Of a DNA stretch of 64,000 nucleotides, positions 22,806 to 34,608 are shown in pieces. Position 1 is the stretch's first letter, and each line of letters opens with the position of its first letter. Origin of the DNA: Felis catus (Eukaryota); assembly GCF_018350175.1 (NCBI RefSeq), contig NC_058368.1, positions 214,522,001-214,586,000 on the forward strand, read 5' to 3'. The notes beneath the pieces were generated by a model. It saw only the letters and a list, made by a program, of their open reading frames with translations, did no database searches and was not told the origin of the DNA. Position numbers and translations under genes: made by a program.

Positions 22806-24166
22806 TAATATGAACTACAAAGAAATGAAGGGAAAATATTAATTAAGGGAATTTGAATTTGCAAACTTGAGTTCCGGGGTTACTTTCCATAACAGATTTT
22901 GAGGAGGAGGAAACATTTTTTACTAGGTGCCTTCCAAGTAATCAGCTAATGAGGTACTATTGTTACAAGTAGCATAGATATTGTAGCAGTGAGACAATTC
23001 ACATAAAAACTCCTAAGCATAGATGATTTTCACACAGCAAAATGATGGTAGCCAGTGATATTTGGCACAGCAAATGGTGACTATGCTTCCACAGTTTGGT
23101 CTTTGGTGGATTGTCTCCCTAGGGCACTGTTGAGAATTATTATACTCTTATTTTCATAACTAGCTAACACATTATGTGATGGGATTTTCTTGCTTTGTAG
23201 CAGTGCAAGTCCAGAAAATAGGAGCTCCTGATCTTGATATTTTATTCCCTGAAGTGATTCTATTAAACTTCTTTGATGACACAAAATATGTCTAATTAAT
23301 TCTTATTTCCCCAGTATGTGAAAAATCTCAGGTTCTGAATTAATACTGAATAATTATAGTGAAATGTGGTGTCCTGTGGGCAATAATTCAACCACAGGGT
23401 AAAACCAACTATATCAGTTTTTTGGGAGGCAGTAGAGAAATCCTAGTGACTTATAAGGAACTTTGGGTACATTGTTTCCATGTTCTTCTAGGAAAAAAGA
23501 AGGGAGAAAATGACTCAATCAATACTAGAACTCTGTGTCAGCTAGAGTTGCCTTGTTAACAATCACGAGGGAATGATTGAAGACTAAAGACAATTATCAA
23601 GGAGGTAGTCAATGGGTAAAAAAGAGGCAAGTAGCAAGAAGTACTCTAAAAGTACATTCTAAATTGTTTCTGTTCTTTACACTGTACTCACCTTTGATCC
23701 GACTTTGCCCTGTAAATATCTCAAGATACTGAAGGAAGAGAAGGAAGAGATATTTCAAATAATTCATTTTTTTGTTTTGGACTTTTCTTCCCCACCTTTG
23801 TTTTCTTTCTTATATAAGCAACAAGACTTTCTTCTTAACTTGAATGTCTTTTAAAAAATTACCCAGAGTGACAAGTGAAAGAAGAATTTTTGTGAAGGAA
23901 GTGAGTAGCTCAGAGTCAGTATTCTCCAACAGTTTGAGTGAATACAGCCGTCCACAACATGGTCTTATATGACCTACTCAGGTATGTCTGTGCCTGTGGG
24001 GTTAATTCCTCCAGATGACTTTCTGTTGATTCATATGAGTGGTTTACTAGGGACAGTCACAATACCTCTAGCTTTGTGGTCATGACTCTTATTTGGGAAA
24101 ACAGTACATGGACAGACACTACTGAGGTTCCATGCTGTTTGAGGCCAAAGCAAAAGAAAAAGACCA

Positions 24167-24352
24167 ATAATTGTGCACTTCTCCATCCCTTTGGCTTTGA
24201 TAAACTGCCATTAAGGTAGGGGAGGGAGAGCCAAATTGAACTCTTCTCTTCTCTTCTCTTCTCTTCTCTTCTCTTCTCTTCTCTTCTCTTCTCTTCTCTT
24301 TTCTCATGGCTGTTTGTTCCTTGGCCTTAGATTTAAATATGAGTCCTTGACT
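24167..24352 (+). repeat. Copy 1 of a diverged ~130-bp local duplication (other copy 26462-26591)
   Basis: Shared blocks ataattgtgcacttctcc, tgataaact, taggggagggagagccaaatt, tggctgtttgttccttgg, ttagatttaaatatga. Confidence 0.9.
24241..24300. repeat. (CTCTT)12 pentanucleotide microsatellite
   Basis: Perfect run read directly from the sequence. Confidence 0.98.
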
Positions 24353-24492
24353 TTGAGGACAAGGCAAAAGGAAGTGTCCTCTTGGTTCTAGGCCTCCTGG
24401 AGTAGTAATTTTGAGGAGGAAGTTTCCTTTATTTTTGAAGATGCTGCTGAGTTTCTCAAAATTCTTAAGTTTATGAGAAGTCTGAGAATAAT

Positions 24493-24619
24493 TAGGGTGG
24501 CTGTGTGTCCTGGTTTGCCTGTGACAGTCTTAGATTATGCCTGTTGTTGTAGCATGATTATAAACAGCACTTTTATTCTCCGAAGTGTAGTTTGCATGGT
24601 CGATTATATGGTGTCTCTA
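24493..24619. mobile_element. MER94-like hAT-Blackjack MITE
   Basis: 'tagggtggctgtgtgtcctggtttgcctgtgacagtc...ttatgcctgttgt...ttatatggtgtctcta'; degenerate terminal inverted repeats. Confidence 0.75.
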
Positions 24620-24716
24620 GGAATTACCAGTTTTGAGACTTGGAAATTCCATTTGTGAGACTAGTAAACAACATATGTAAGTCCCATTTCCTAAAAACCA
24701 GGTGAATAAGTGGATC

Positions 24717-25041
24717 TCCATAGACCTGATGGGAATAGGACCTCTGGCATATGTATTTGTTTAATACTGTGAATGCAATAAAAAGAAATACAGCATTATG
24801 TGGCTGTATTTTTCTATGAGTTTAACATATCACACGTAAAACAATACAAGTCATTCAGAATTAGATAGTCTGTAATTCCATAGACCTGATGGGAATAGGA
24901 CCTCTGGCATATGTATTTGTTTAATACTGTGAATGCAATAAAAAGAAATACAGCATTATGTGGCTGTATTTTTCTATGAGTTTAACATATCACACGTAAA
25001 ACAATACAAGTCATTCAGAATTAGATAGTTTCTGTAATTCC
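24717..25041. repeat. Near-perfect 160-bp tandem duplication
   Basis: 24717-24876 is repeated at 24877-25038, differing by a 2-bp (tt) indel; 'tcc' microhomology at the junctions. Confidence 0.97.
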
Positions 25042-25367
25042 TACGAAATCTATTTTAAGCAGAAGACATGGTGATGTAAAGTGTTTTCTTCTTTCTGAGC
25101 CTCTGTAGTAGGGTGAGGCAAGGAAGGTGGCCAGAGTGCAAAATTTAAGGCACTCACTTTCAAATGCATGCAAGTACCAACTGTGAACTTATGTTTGTTG
25201 AAGAATATTGACTTGCACTTCAAGACAAGCTTCAAACTTTATCTACTGTAAGGAGGCTTCATAAACTCTGTATGTCTCCCTATACTTACCTCAAACTGGG
25301 TTATTGCCTTTCATATGTCTTCTGATTGCATCTTGTGCAAACAAACCACTGTTGTATTGTGGTGAAA

Positions 25368-25369
<2 letters not shown>

Positions 25370-25416
<47 letters not shown>
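25370..25416. repeat. (GT)n microsatellite
   Basis: Directly visible. Confidence 0.97.
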
Positions 25417-25419
<3 letters not shown>

Positions 25420-26461
25420 ATTGTTTTGTGTTTTCATCCCTTGAGGATAGAGACCACATTGTACTCATTTTTATACCCAGAACACCTGTGAGTAGACCTA
25501 ATGCAGATCATGTGTTCAGTGTTTATTGAAGTATAACAAGAAAATGAATTGTAAGAAAGTCATTGATTCTATTAATTAAAATTCTTCTAAGTTTTTTATT
25601 ACACCCTCAAAGAATTTATTTCAATAACAATCATAATAAAAGCTAACATTTTCTGACCTTAATAATCAAATGGTTCAAACCCAAGTTTTGAGATATTTAA
25701 TACTTCTATATAGAAAGAAGCCTGAAGAAATAATGAAATTTACTGTGTTTTCATGAACCTGCAGAGATGGATTCTCTTTGGGATATCTTCTGAACACTTC
25801 TTCTGTTCCAGTGAGAAATAACATAAAGTAGTCTTTATTGTGGAGTGTTGACTTCTGACTCATTCAAGTGAATAGACTAGACTTTTATTCCTCTTTTGCT
25901 TTGCTTCTTTCCTGAGGAAAAATGCTATTTCGGGGAATTTTTTAGGAACATGCCAAGTAAATATGGTAAAAGCCACATATATGCAAGGTCAATAAATCAT
26001 TTCAAAACTCAGTTTTTGAGGGTCTGTGATGTCTATTGAATTAAAATATCTTTTCATTTCTATATTTGAAATATGACTAATTAGATGCATCAAAGCAGTA
26101 TAAAATCAAGCTGGATATACTTGGTAGGGAGAATGGTTTGATTCAATTTTAAGTCCTTGATTAACATTTGAGTTTCTTCCTTAATATAGAGACAGACAAG
26201 ACACAGTGTGAAACCATAAGCTTGGAAAGAAAAAAAAAAGATCACAAAGAAGTTAACTTTCAGGATTTCTATAATCATCTTATATTAATATAATCCCACA
26301 CCCCTACCGCACATTTAGCAATGAATTCCTGACTAGGAGTTAAAGCAGTGAGTTGCATAATTGCATATTATATTGAATGAGCTTGGGACAGTTCAAGTGG
26401 AAGTGAATCACAAAGCCTCAATTATCCAGATTGATTCTCCTGATGAAGACCAATTCACTGG

Positions 26462-26591
26462 ATAATTGTGCACTTCTCCTTCCTTTTGGCCTGATAAACT
26501 CCCATCTAGTTAGGGGAGGGAGAGCCAAATTAAATTCTTTTTGGTGGCTGTTTGTTCCTTGGTTTTAGATTTAAATATGAATGCTTGGCTT
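26462..26591 (+). repeat. Copy 2 of the diverged local duplication (lacks the CTCTT array)
   Basis: See 24167-24352; this copy has 'aattcttttt' where copy 1 has (CTCTT)12. Confidence 0.9.
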
Positions 26592-26818
26592 CAAACAATG
26601 CCTATTTGAACTTATAAGATAGCTGGAAACTATTGGATTTTGCTCACCAAAAAAATTGTTTTGAGTCTTGTTCAACTGTGGTTAGAATGATCTTCATGGG
26701 CCTGTTGTTAGCTGGTGCACCACTGTATTATGCATGATCCCTCAACTATTCTTTGTATGAAAAGGCTGTAGACTGCTCCATTAGTGATTCCCCATTTGTG
26801 TTCAGTGTACAATTTTTC

Positions 26819-27035
26819 TTTTCTTTTTTTTTTTAAGTTTACTTACTTTGAGAGAAAAGAGAGAGAGAGAGTGCACAAGAGGGGCAGGAACAGAGAGAGA
26901 ATGGGAGAGAGAAAATCCCAAGCAGGCTCTATGCTGTCAGTGCAGAGTCTGATGTGGGGCTCAAACTCACCAACCATGAGGTCGTGACGTGAGCCAAAGT
27001 TGGATGCTTAAGTGACTGAATCACCCAGGCACCCC
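26819..27035 (-). mobile_element. CAN-SINE
   Basis: Head 'tcacccaggcacccc' ends at 27035; GA tract; T-rich tail. Confidence 0.92.
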
Positions 27036-27574
27036 ATGTTTGCAAGTTTTCTATAACATTTCTACTCAAGCATAATTTTTTCCATAATATTAATACCCAA
27101 CATTCATGATAAGGTATCAGGGATGAATAACATATATAATGTAGTTGTGTATAGTGTTTAAATATTTAAATTATCAAAAGCTAAAAAGTTGCATGGAAAT
27201 ATTTCTTCAGTGAAACTATGCACTCAGTGGATGTATTTTCTCAGCAATGTGAAGTTTTTATAACATAGATTTATTGTACCAAAAGTAAATGCAAAACTGG
27301 AACTTAGAAGAACAAGACCTTATACAAAATATTTATAGTTTTAAAATAAATATTCTCATTAGTTTTGCTGTTTGAAACATTAATTATATTGGGGAAAGAT
27401 GAATTGGTTTTCATTCCTTATATATCACTAACTTTGGAAGACATAAAATCTTTATTTACCAATTCATTTGAATAGCACTGACAATCCTTGTATCTTGGTA
27501 CTAGAATGTATAAACATATAAAAGTAAGACAAGAGAGATATTCATACAGTTCTCCACTTATAGTAGGAGCTATG

Positions 27575-27795
27575 TGTGTTAGGGAAGAGAGGATTAGAGA
27601 CAAGGATTTGAGAACTGACTTTTAGTTCCAACTCTGCTATTGCATCAGCTGTGCTAACCAGTGATTTTATTCTACTCATTTCTAATATGGTGATCATATC
27701 TGCCCTGCCCACCTCAAAGGCTTTTGTGATGATAAAAATAAGTTTGTAAAGATGCTTCGCAAACTATCACTCTATAAATTTGGACACTGTTGTTT
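27575..27795 (+). mobile_element. MIR SINE (diverged)
   Basis: 'ttttagttccaactctgcta...agctgtg...atctgccctgcccacctcaaaggcttttgtgatgataaaa'. Confidence 0.5.
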
Positions 27796-30700
27796 TATTC
27801 AGTTTTGCACTATACAGTTGAGCCCCCATTGATTGATTATGGATTCATAAATTTCTAGGTATTTATTGAGAAAGCCTCGAGTGAAAAAAAGACAGTTTCA
27901 TCCTTTTTCTTAGATGTGGTAAGATTAAGACTTGGGAGAAAGCTTAGAAAACAATTTTGAAAAGTCATTGCCTCAAGAACATACACATTGTAAAGAAAAA
28001 AAAAAGATGATTCTTGAAATCTAGTTCACTAGGATAGCTAGCTATGTGTCAGTTAACCAAATCATGTACACCAGATTGTAGTGATTCTGTTGGTGGTCAC
28101 AAAAATAGACATAATGACTATTTAGCTGAAGGGAGCAAACAGATTCAATGAGGTACTATCGAGGCTATGAGTTTCTGCATACCTTGGAGGGAAAGTGAGA
28201 AAAGGGCTCAACTTGTCTTTTAGCCTACAGAGATTTAAGCACAAAAATGAATGTCAGAGATCAACTGATGAAAGAAACATCTCTCCTTATATTTTTCCTT
28301 CTCTGTCTTGAATAAATTAAATTTCATATAGACCATTATTTTTAGTATGTAAAAGTTCTAGTATTTTTAAATGTAGACCTAATTTTTTAAATTAAAATAA
28401 TGCATCTCAACAGATTGCTGAAATGCTACCTAAAACTAATTAGTAACACAACTGGATTAAGATTTTTCTGTAATCATTATAACCTTTTTCTGAATGTGCA
28501 CTTTTAATACATTTGATTTAATTACTGGATTTCCATAAAATTGTCTTATATTTTGGTGCAGTGCTCTATATGCAAGATTCCATTGCTAGCACTTTTGCAT
28601 AGTGAATATAAATTCAGAGTGACAGTAAACATTATGGATATTTGTTAAACCTGGAAAATTGATTCTTGACTGATGCTATTTAACTTTGGTTTGAAATAGT
28701 AATACTTTGCAGGAAAATCTTGCACATCTGTGCTACAATGGTGGAGGAAAAGTACTGTTAAACAAATATTAGCATTACAAATCATCAGCGTTATCTGTGT
28801 GGTAGGGTATGTGTCTACCTTTACATAGGTAATATTTGCAAGAAGTTTTTGATTTAATGAGTTTTTGTTATTTCATCTCATCAGATATAATGCAAATTTC
28901 ATTAATCTATAAGGGGTCAATCAACTTCCCACAATCCTTTTCCTGGCATTTTACAACACCCAGTATTATGTTAGTAGGAAACATGACGGGATTATTTAAA
29001 TATGGATGAACTCTATTATTTCCCTTTAGCAAATAATATCAGGGAATGAGCATTTGTAATTGGGTGTCTAGTATAGCTGAACTTCTATAGCAAATACTGA
29101 AGAGAGTGTATAGAAAGCTATGAATCATTTTTTTTTTTATGAAGTTAGAATTGTAATGGACAAAGAACTACCCTGGTTACAAGGGTAATGACATTACAAA
29201 AATTTAGTGTGTGATTTGGAATCATCCTTTTAAATTTCATAAAGTAGCTTATTAAAACAAGAACAACTTCTTTAATCCAGTGCTCCTCTTTCTCCTTCAG
29301 TTCAACACTCACTGGTTCTTGTCTAATTCTCCCTCATTTTGCTTTGTGGTGCTTTGATATGTTACTCAATTAATTTTTAGATCTCCATTGTGTGTTCCTA
29401 AAGATGCACAAAACTCATTTTATTAAAACATTAAGTTATTTCCAATTTAGCCTGAAAATGTAGGATTCAATTTGTTTTTTTACCTATATCAGTTTACATT
29501 CTTCACTAGACCATGTTTACTTGTAGATTATTAATATAAATATATACTTTCAAGTAGAGACTGCCAGCTTTGATGGCAAGAGAAGCAAGCAAATCACGCC
29601 TGAATTCATTGTAGTAGGACCCATGTTTAGGTATCATCAATGATGGCAGAAGGGAAGGCACAAGGAGATAGAACAGCTTGGGATGTAGGAGAATTTAGTT
29701 AGTCGGTATTTAATTTTTTTCCCCCTTGAATGTCTCAGTATCTTTTTAACACAGCAATTTGTAATCTTAGTTTAAACACTTTCAATTTGAAGCTCTAATT
29801 ATAGTTTATATAATTCATGTTTTCCAAAGAACGCAGTTTCTTTTTACATAGAAACATTTGCGTATTTCTTTCAGATGTTTAAATATTTCAGCATTGGTAA
29901 TAGGGAAAAAAATCCTTATAATAGCCTTATAATAGGCTTGTTGAATGGAATGGAAACCACATATTAGAAGTTAAAAAAACCTAATTTTGAAATTTGCATC
30001 ATTTTTAGTGGGTTTTCATAAATGTAAAAATGTATGTTTAAGCAAAAGGGTATAATGTTTGCAGGCAGAAAAGCAACAATAATCACAGCTACATTGTATT
30101 AAATTCAGAAATCATAGTGATTATGGATATTTGACAACCCGAAAATTGCCTATTGCTTATAATTTCATCTTACAACTTTTAAGAAGAAAAGCTGCTAATC
30201 TATTCTTTGGCACTTTGCTAGGAGACTTTTTACCCTTCAGTGTTGAGTTATTTTACATTTTTGCCTTTTTCACCATTTGTTTTAGAATTACGAGTCTACA
30301 AAGAGGAAAGAGAGAGCTTCTGGAAATTACAAGAGTGGCAACTGATAGTGAAAGTAAAATACATATCCCATAATTTATGCGGCAATCAAAGATAGAACTT
30401 TTGTCCTTTAGAAGGAGTTATGGTTTATTTGTAAGTTTATCTGTCAAGTGGGAAAGATGTGGAATCTTATTCTCTAGATCACTTTTCATGGATAAGTCAT
30501 CTTGAAGGGTTAGTAAATTTATTTATAAGATCCTGTACATAGAAGGGGATTTGTGCAAATCATTTGGATATTTTGAGGGAAAATAAATAGGTTAGTATAA
30601 TTATTCATGTATATCCTACTTTTGATTGCACACGAAGATGAGAAATAATTAGTTCATTGATAATATCTAAACTCTCTTTAATTTCATTGATACTATTTTC

Positions 30701-30944
30701 AATATCACTGTAGACAATAAGCATTTCTTGATGTATATGTATAAAACAGGTATTTGAGTGTATAAAGAGCATATACATGTGGGAGATAGACACATGTATG
30801 ATGAACATAAAGCCCTGGCACCCAAAAGCTACATACACAGTCCCTACCCTCAAGAAGGTACAGATCTAGGGTTTAGCTTTTTTGTGTGTTTACATCTAGT
30901 AAAGTGTACAAAGCAATTCAAATGTAATCTGAGAAGCAACCTAG

Positions 30945-31180
30945 GATAATAGATAGTTCAGGGCACACTGGAGCTACACTACTTCAGTTCAGATCTCACC
31001 TCAGGCTCTTGTTGGCTAGGGGTCTAGGGCAAGTTATTTAAGCTCTGTGACTCAGTTTCTTTATCTGCAAAATGAAGATTGTAATAATGCATACTTCATA
31101 GGACTGTTACTCAGATTAAATGAGTTAATATTTGTAATACACTTAGTGCCTGGAACAAAGTACTATATAAATGTTAAATA
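30945..31180 (+). mobile_element. MIR SINE
   Basis: 'gggcaagttatttaagctctgtgactcagtttctttatctgcaaaatgaagattgtaataatgcatacttcataggactgtt..gattaaatgagttaatatttgtaa..cacttagtgcctgg'. Confidence 0.85.
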
Positions 31181-32865
31181 AAATAAAATGTTCAGTAAAT
31201 GTTTTGAAGTAAGATTCTATCTTTTAGTAGATGGAGAGATCTCTTTGGCACTTTTAGATGGTTCCAATGACATATGGTACATGAAGAGACAAAATTTGAG
31301 TTACGTATCAAAGGCAGTAAAGGAGCAGAAAGATACAGGACTTTCAGGTGGCTAGGGAAGAACATGTCCTACCACTGCAGGCTTGGTCCCAAGGCCAATG
31401 GGATTTCAAGCAGCAAACATGCAAGGAAGGGGGTGGGGATGCTGGGGTGGAAGCTGCACAAAGTGGCCTCGCAACAGGATTAACTTCTGAGTGGAATCAC
31501 TGCCAATCAAACTCAGATAAGGGATATGGCATGGTAAACATACATTTGGAGTTGAGTTTTGATATCCACAGGGAAAGGTAACTGGGTTTTCCAGGAAATT
31601 GTGATGTTCACTGATTAAAAATGTCAGTTTTTGCCTCTGGATGACCAATGTATTTTGGAACAAGACCTCTGGCAGTTGTTCACCCACACCCTCTGTTGAA
31701 TTACCAATGAGCTGCGAAGCTGGCACTCACCAACAGTCACACTGGGTACACCAGTTCCCATTATGGCAAGGGTCTTGTTCCCTCTTGCTCTGTCACCCCG
31801 CATGACTCTACCTCCTGGATCATCTCCTGATACATAAGTAGTTTCTGGATGCCTCCATTTTGTTTGCAGTTTTTGACCCCATTTATTATCAGCCTCATGG
31901 CTTCCCTCTTTACCCTGACTACTCTATTTGGCGTGATTTATATTTATGAGTTCCAGGTAACAACCCTACCCAGTTGAGCTCTGGCCTTTAGATCCCCACT
32001 GCACAGGCTTATATTAATTCCCCCTTAGATAGAGTCAAAACCCAGCTGCTGTGGGTTAGAGAACCAGGGCCCAGGAGCTCAGCCTGACTTGGATATAAGC
32101 TGACAACAGTCAGACAGGGGATCAAGAGAGCTAGAGCTTGGAACAGAACTTGAGTATTAACAAGGAAAGGGAGTTCAAATAAAAAAATTGAAGTGGAAGG
32201 TCTCTGTCACTGAGTCATCATGTCAAGGGGCTCAGGAAGGTTGTGATTTTGGAGCCCATTTTACAAGGAGGGATTCCAACTTCCACATCATATAAGATGA
32301 TTATCCATTTTTAGTTCAGGAATTAGGAAGGATTGAGCTCCCAGACTGGGAAACTCTTCTATACAACTGAAAAAGCCTGGGAGAAGCAGAGGCTGGGGAG
32401 GGTTTATAAACAAAAATGTGGAGGCATATTTCCATCCGTGTACTTCTGAGAAATAAACAGAGAATCACAGAGTAGCATTAGAGTTGACTGGTACCAGCAG
32501 ATAAGTTTAGGGCCAGAAATAGCAGGCCTTTAATGGCAGGAAAGGGGTTTGGATTGCTTTTTGGGCAGGGGAATTACTGAATATTTTGAGTACTGATGTG
32601 TGTGAAGATTAGCTGGCAGTTGTCTGTGAGCTAAAATATAGTCAGAGAATGAGAGATGAGCCCAATTAGGATACTCTTTATTCACTGAGACAACAATATG
32701 AGTTTTAGCTTTTCAGTGCCTGACATTAAGTAGGTGCTTAATAAATATTTATGTAATGAAAGAATAAAGTAGTTAATTGTAGAGTGAGTAGATGAATTCA
32801 AATTCAACTAATTTAACTCTTTATTTGTTGTATTAACTGATCTGACAGCTAGTCTGACTATTCTT

Positions 32866-34304
32866 CTCCCCCCCACCTCCAAAGGAGTTTATTGAGTACA
32901 AAATAAACACCCCTGAAAGAGTTTATTGAATACACTGCAAGGTATGTCCTACAGGCAGGACAGCAAAGGAGAGACTGTCTGCCAGGAGGCAGTAGGGATG
33001 GGGAGAACTATAGTTAAAGGGAGAGTGAAGAGGTATGGGAACCTATGGGATTTTCCTTTTTTGGTACTTCTGCCCACTTTTAAGAAGCCCATTGGTCAGC
33101 TAGGGCCTATGGATATTTTGAGATGTGTCACTTGATAAGCCTATTTACATTCAGCCTGGTGGTTTTCGGGGCCCCCCTTTTACCTTACTCAAGTTTCCAT
33201 TGCTCTGCCTGTTGTCTAAAGTGGCCTCTGCATCCCACCCCCACCCCCCACCGCCCTAGACAGTGACATATCTATGGCATTTGTGTGGAGGTTGCATCTT
33301 CTGTAGCTACCTCATGCTGGACAGGGGGTGGGCTATCCCTACCTAAACTTGCTGGTCTATTAGGAGTTCTGTGCAGTCATAGACCAGAGTGTGGTATTAT
33401 ATTAATGTGCTGATTGGCGATTTGACTGAAATTCCTTGGTGGCCAGGTCTATGGATTTGGGGTGGGAGGTTCTGATGGTATGGGCTGGAATCCTTGTTAA
33501 ATCATCATTGGTATATGGAATTATTGGATTCACTCAGACTGGTAGGAACTTGTTTTGCCTGTAGATCAAAATGGCAGCTGGATCTATGGGAACAAAAGAA
33601 ATGGTGGGGGGGAAAGTAAAGAAGCAAGGAGACTAGGAGTCAGCCAACATGAAGAAAGTATGGCTACCAAGTCCCTAACGTGTGTGGATTCACCCTGCAT
33701 AAGTGGCCACTGCCAATTGCACCACATGTTGGAAATGGAGGCCTCAAGGAGACTGGGTGAAGTGAGGAGAGGAAAGGGGTTCTTCACCCTCACAGGTACA
33801 GACAGTTGGACCTATTTGCCCTCAGACCTTCAGATCACACAAGGGAGCCACCTTGGCCAGAGGTCTTTAGTTGTCTAAGGAGTACTAAGGTCAAACTGCT
33901 GAAGGGGTGAAAAGAGAAAGGAGACGGAGGGAAGCCTCCCTCTGAGAGGCAAGAGGGGAAATCCCTCACCCTTTTGGGGGAGGGCTGTCCGGTGGGTTTC
34001 CTCTGGGGCTTCAGATCCTCACCACAGAGTAATCTCAACCAAAGGTCGTCAGTTCCTCAACTAGTACTAGAGCTGGTCCACCATGAAGGGAAAGTCCTGA
34101 GAGATTTCTGGAGAATCTGGGGAGATGGCTGTGCATGGCACAGGTTCCCTGTGAGGGCCATGAAATGTAGAGTGACCCAACTGGGTAGAGGCTGGTGGCT
34201 CAGGTGGTAAAGAATTCACTTAAGGCAGAACAAAGGAGATAGAAGTTTAGTGAATACACCGCAAGGGAGCAGCGGGAAAAACAGCAAAAGAGAGACTGTC
34301 TGCC
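32866..34304 (-). mobile_element. Short non-autonomous ERV1-like element with R-U5-PBS-internal-PPT-U3-R structure (probable processed retrocopy)
   Basis: Shared R segment (…gtttattgaatacac…gagagactgtctgcc) at ~32919-32983 and ~34245-34304; LTR inner termini tgcagag (33232) and ctctaca (34166) on the minus strand; polypurine tract 33233-33250; PBS-like tggccctcacaggga (~34146-34160); env-tail-like IQ*FHIPMMI*QGFQPIPSEP at ~33466-33530. Confidence 0.8.
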
Positions 34305-34608
34305 TGCCTATTTCTTATATGGAAAATCGGAAATTTTGGAAATTTGGAAATAATTGAAAATTATTATTTTTTTTCTTTTTTTTCCCCAATATATGAAGTT
34401 TATTGTCAAATTGGTTTCCATGCAACACCCAGTGCTCATCCCAAAAGGTGCCCTTCTCAATATCCATCACCCACCCCCCCCTCCCTCCCACTCCCCATCA
34501 ACCCTCAGTTTGTTCTCAGTTTGTAGGAGTCTCTTATGCTTTGGCTCTCTTCCACTCTAACCTCTTTTTTTTTTCCTTCCGCTCCCCCATGGGTTTCTGT
34601 TAAGTTTC

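Noticed and set aside
23860..23990. Exon-like open stretch ending at ctcag|gtatgt
   Set aside because: The open frame stops before the donor, there is no clear acceptor, and the peptide is not recognisable.
24717..25041. Direct repeats as a CRISPR-like array (also 53715-53776)
   Set aside because: Only two adjacent units with no spacers, in mammalian DNA with no cas genes.
25283..25350. Minus-strand donor gag|gtaagt with a short upstream segment
   Set aside because: All three frames contain stops and the segment abuts a microsatellite and L2 remnant; a consensus donor alone is expected by chance.
31390..32450. Possible old LTR (ERVL or Gypsy-like) fragments
   Set aside because: Composition is suggestive, but I could not place termini, a TSD or a family; needs a Dfam search.
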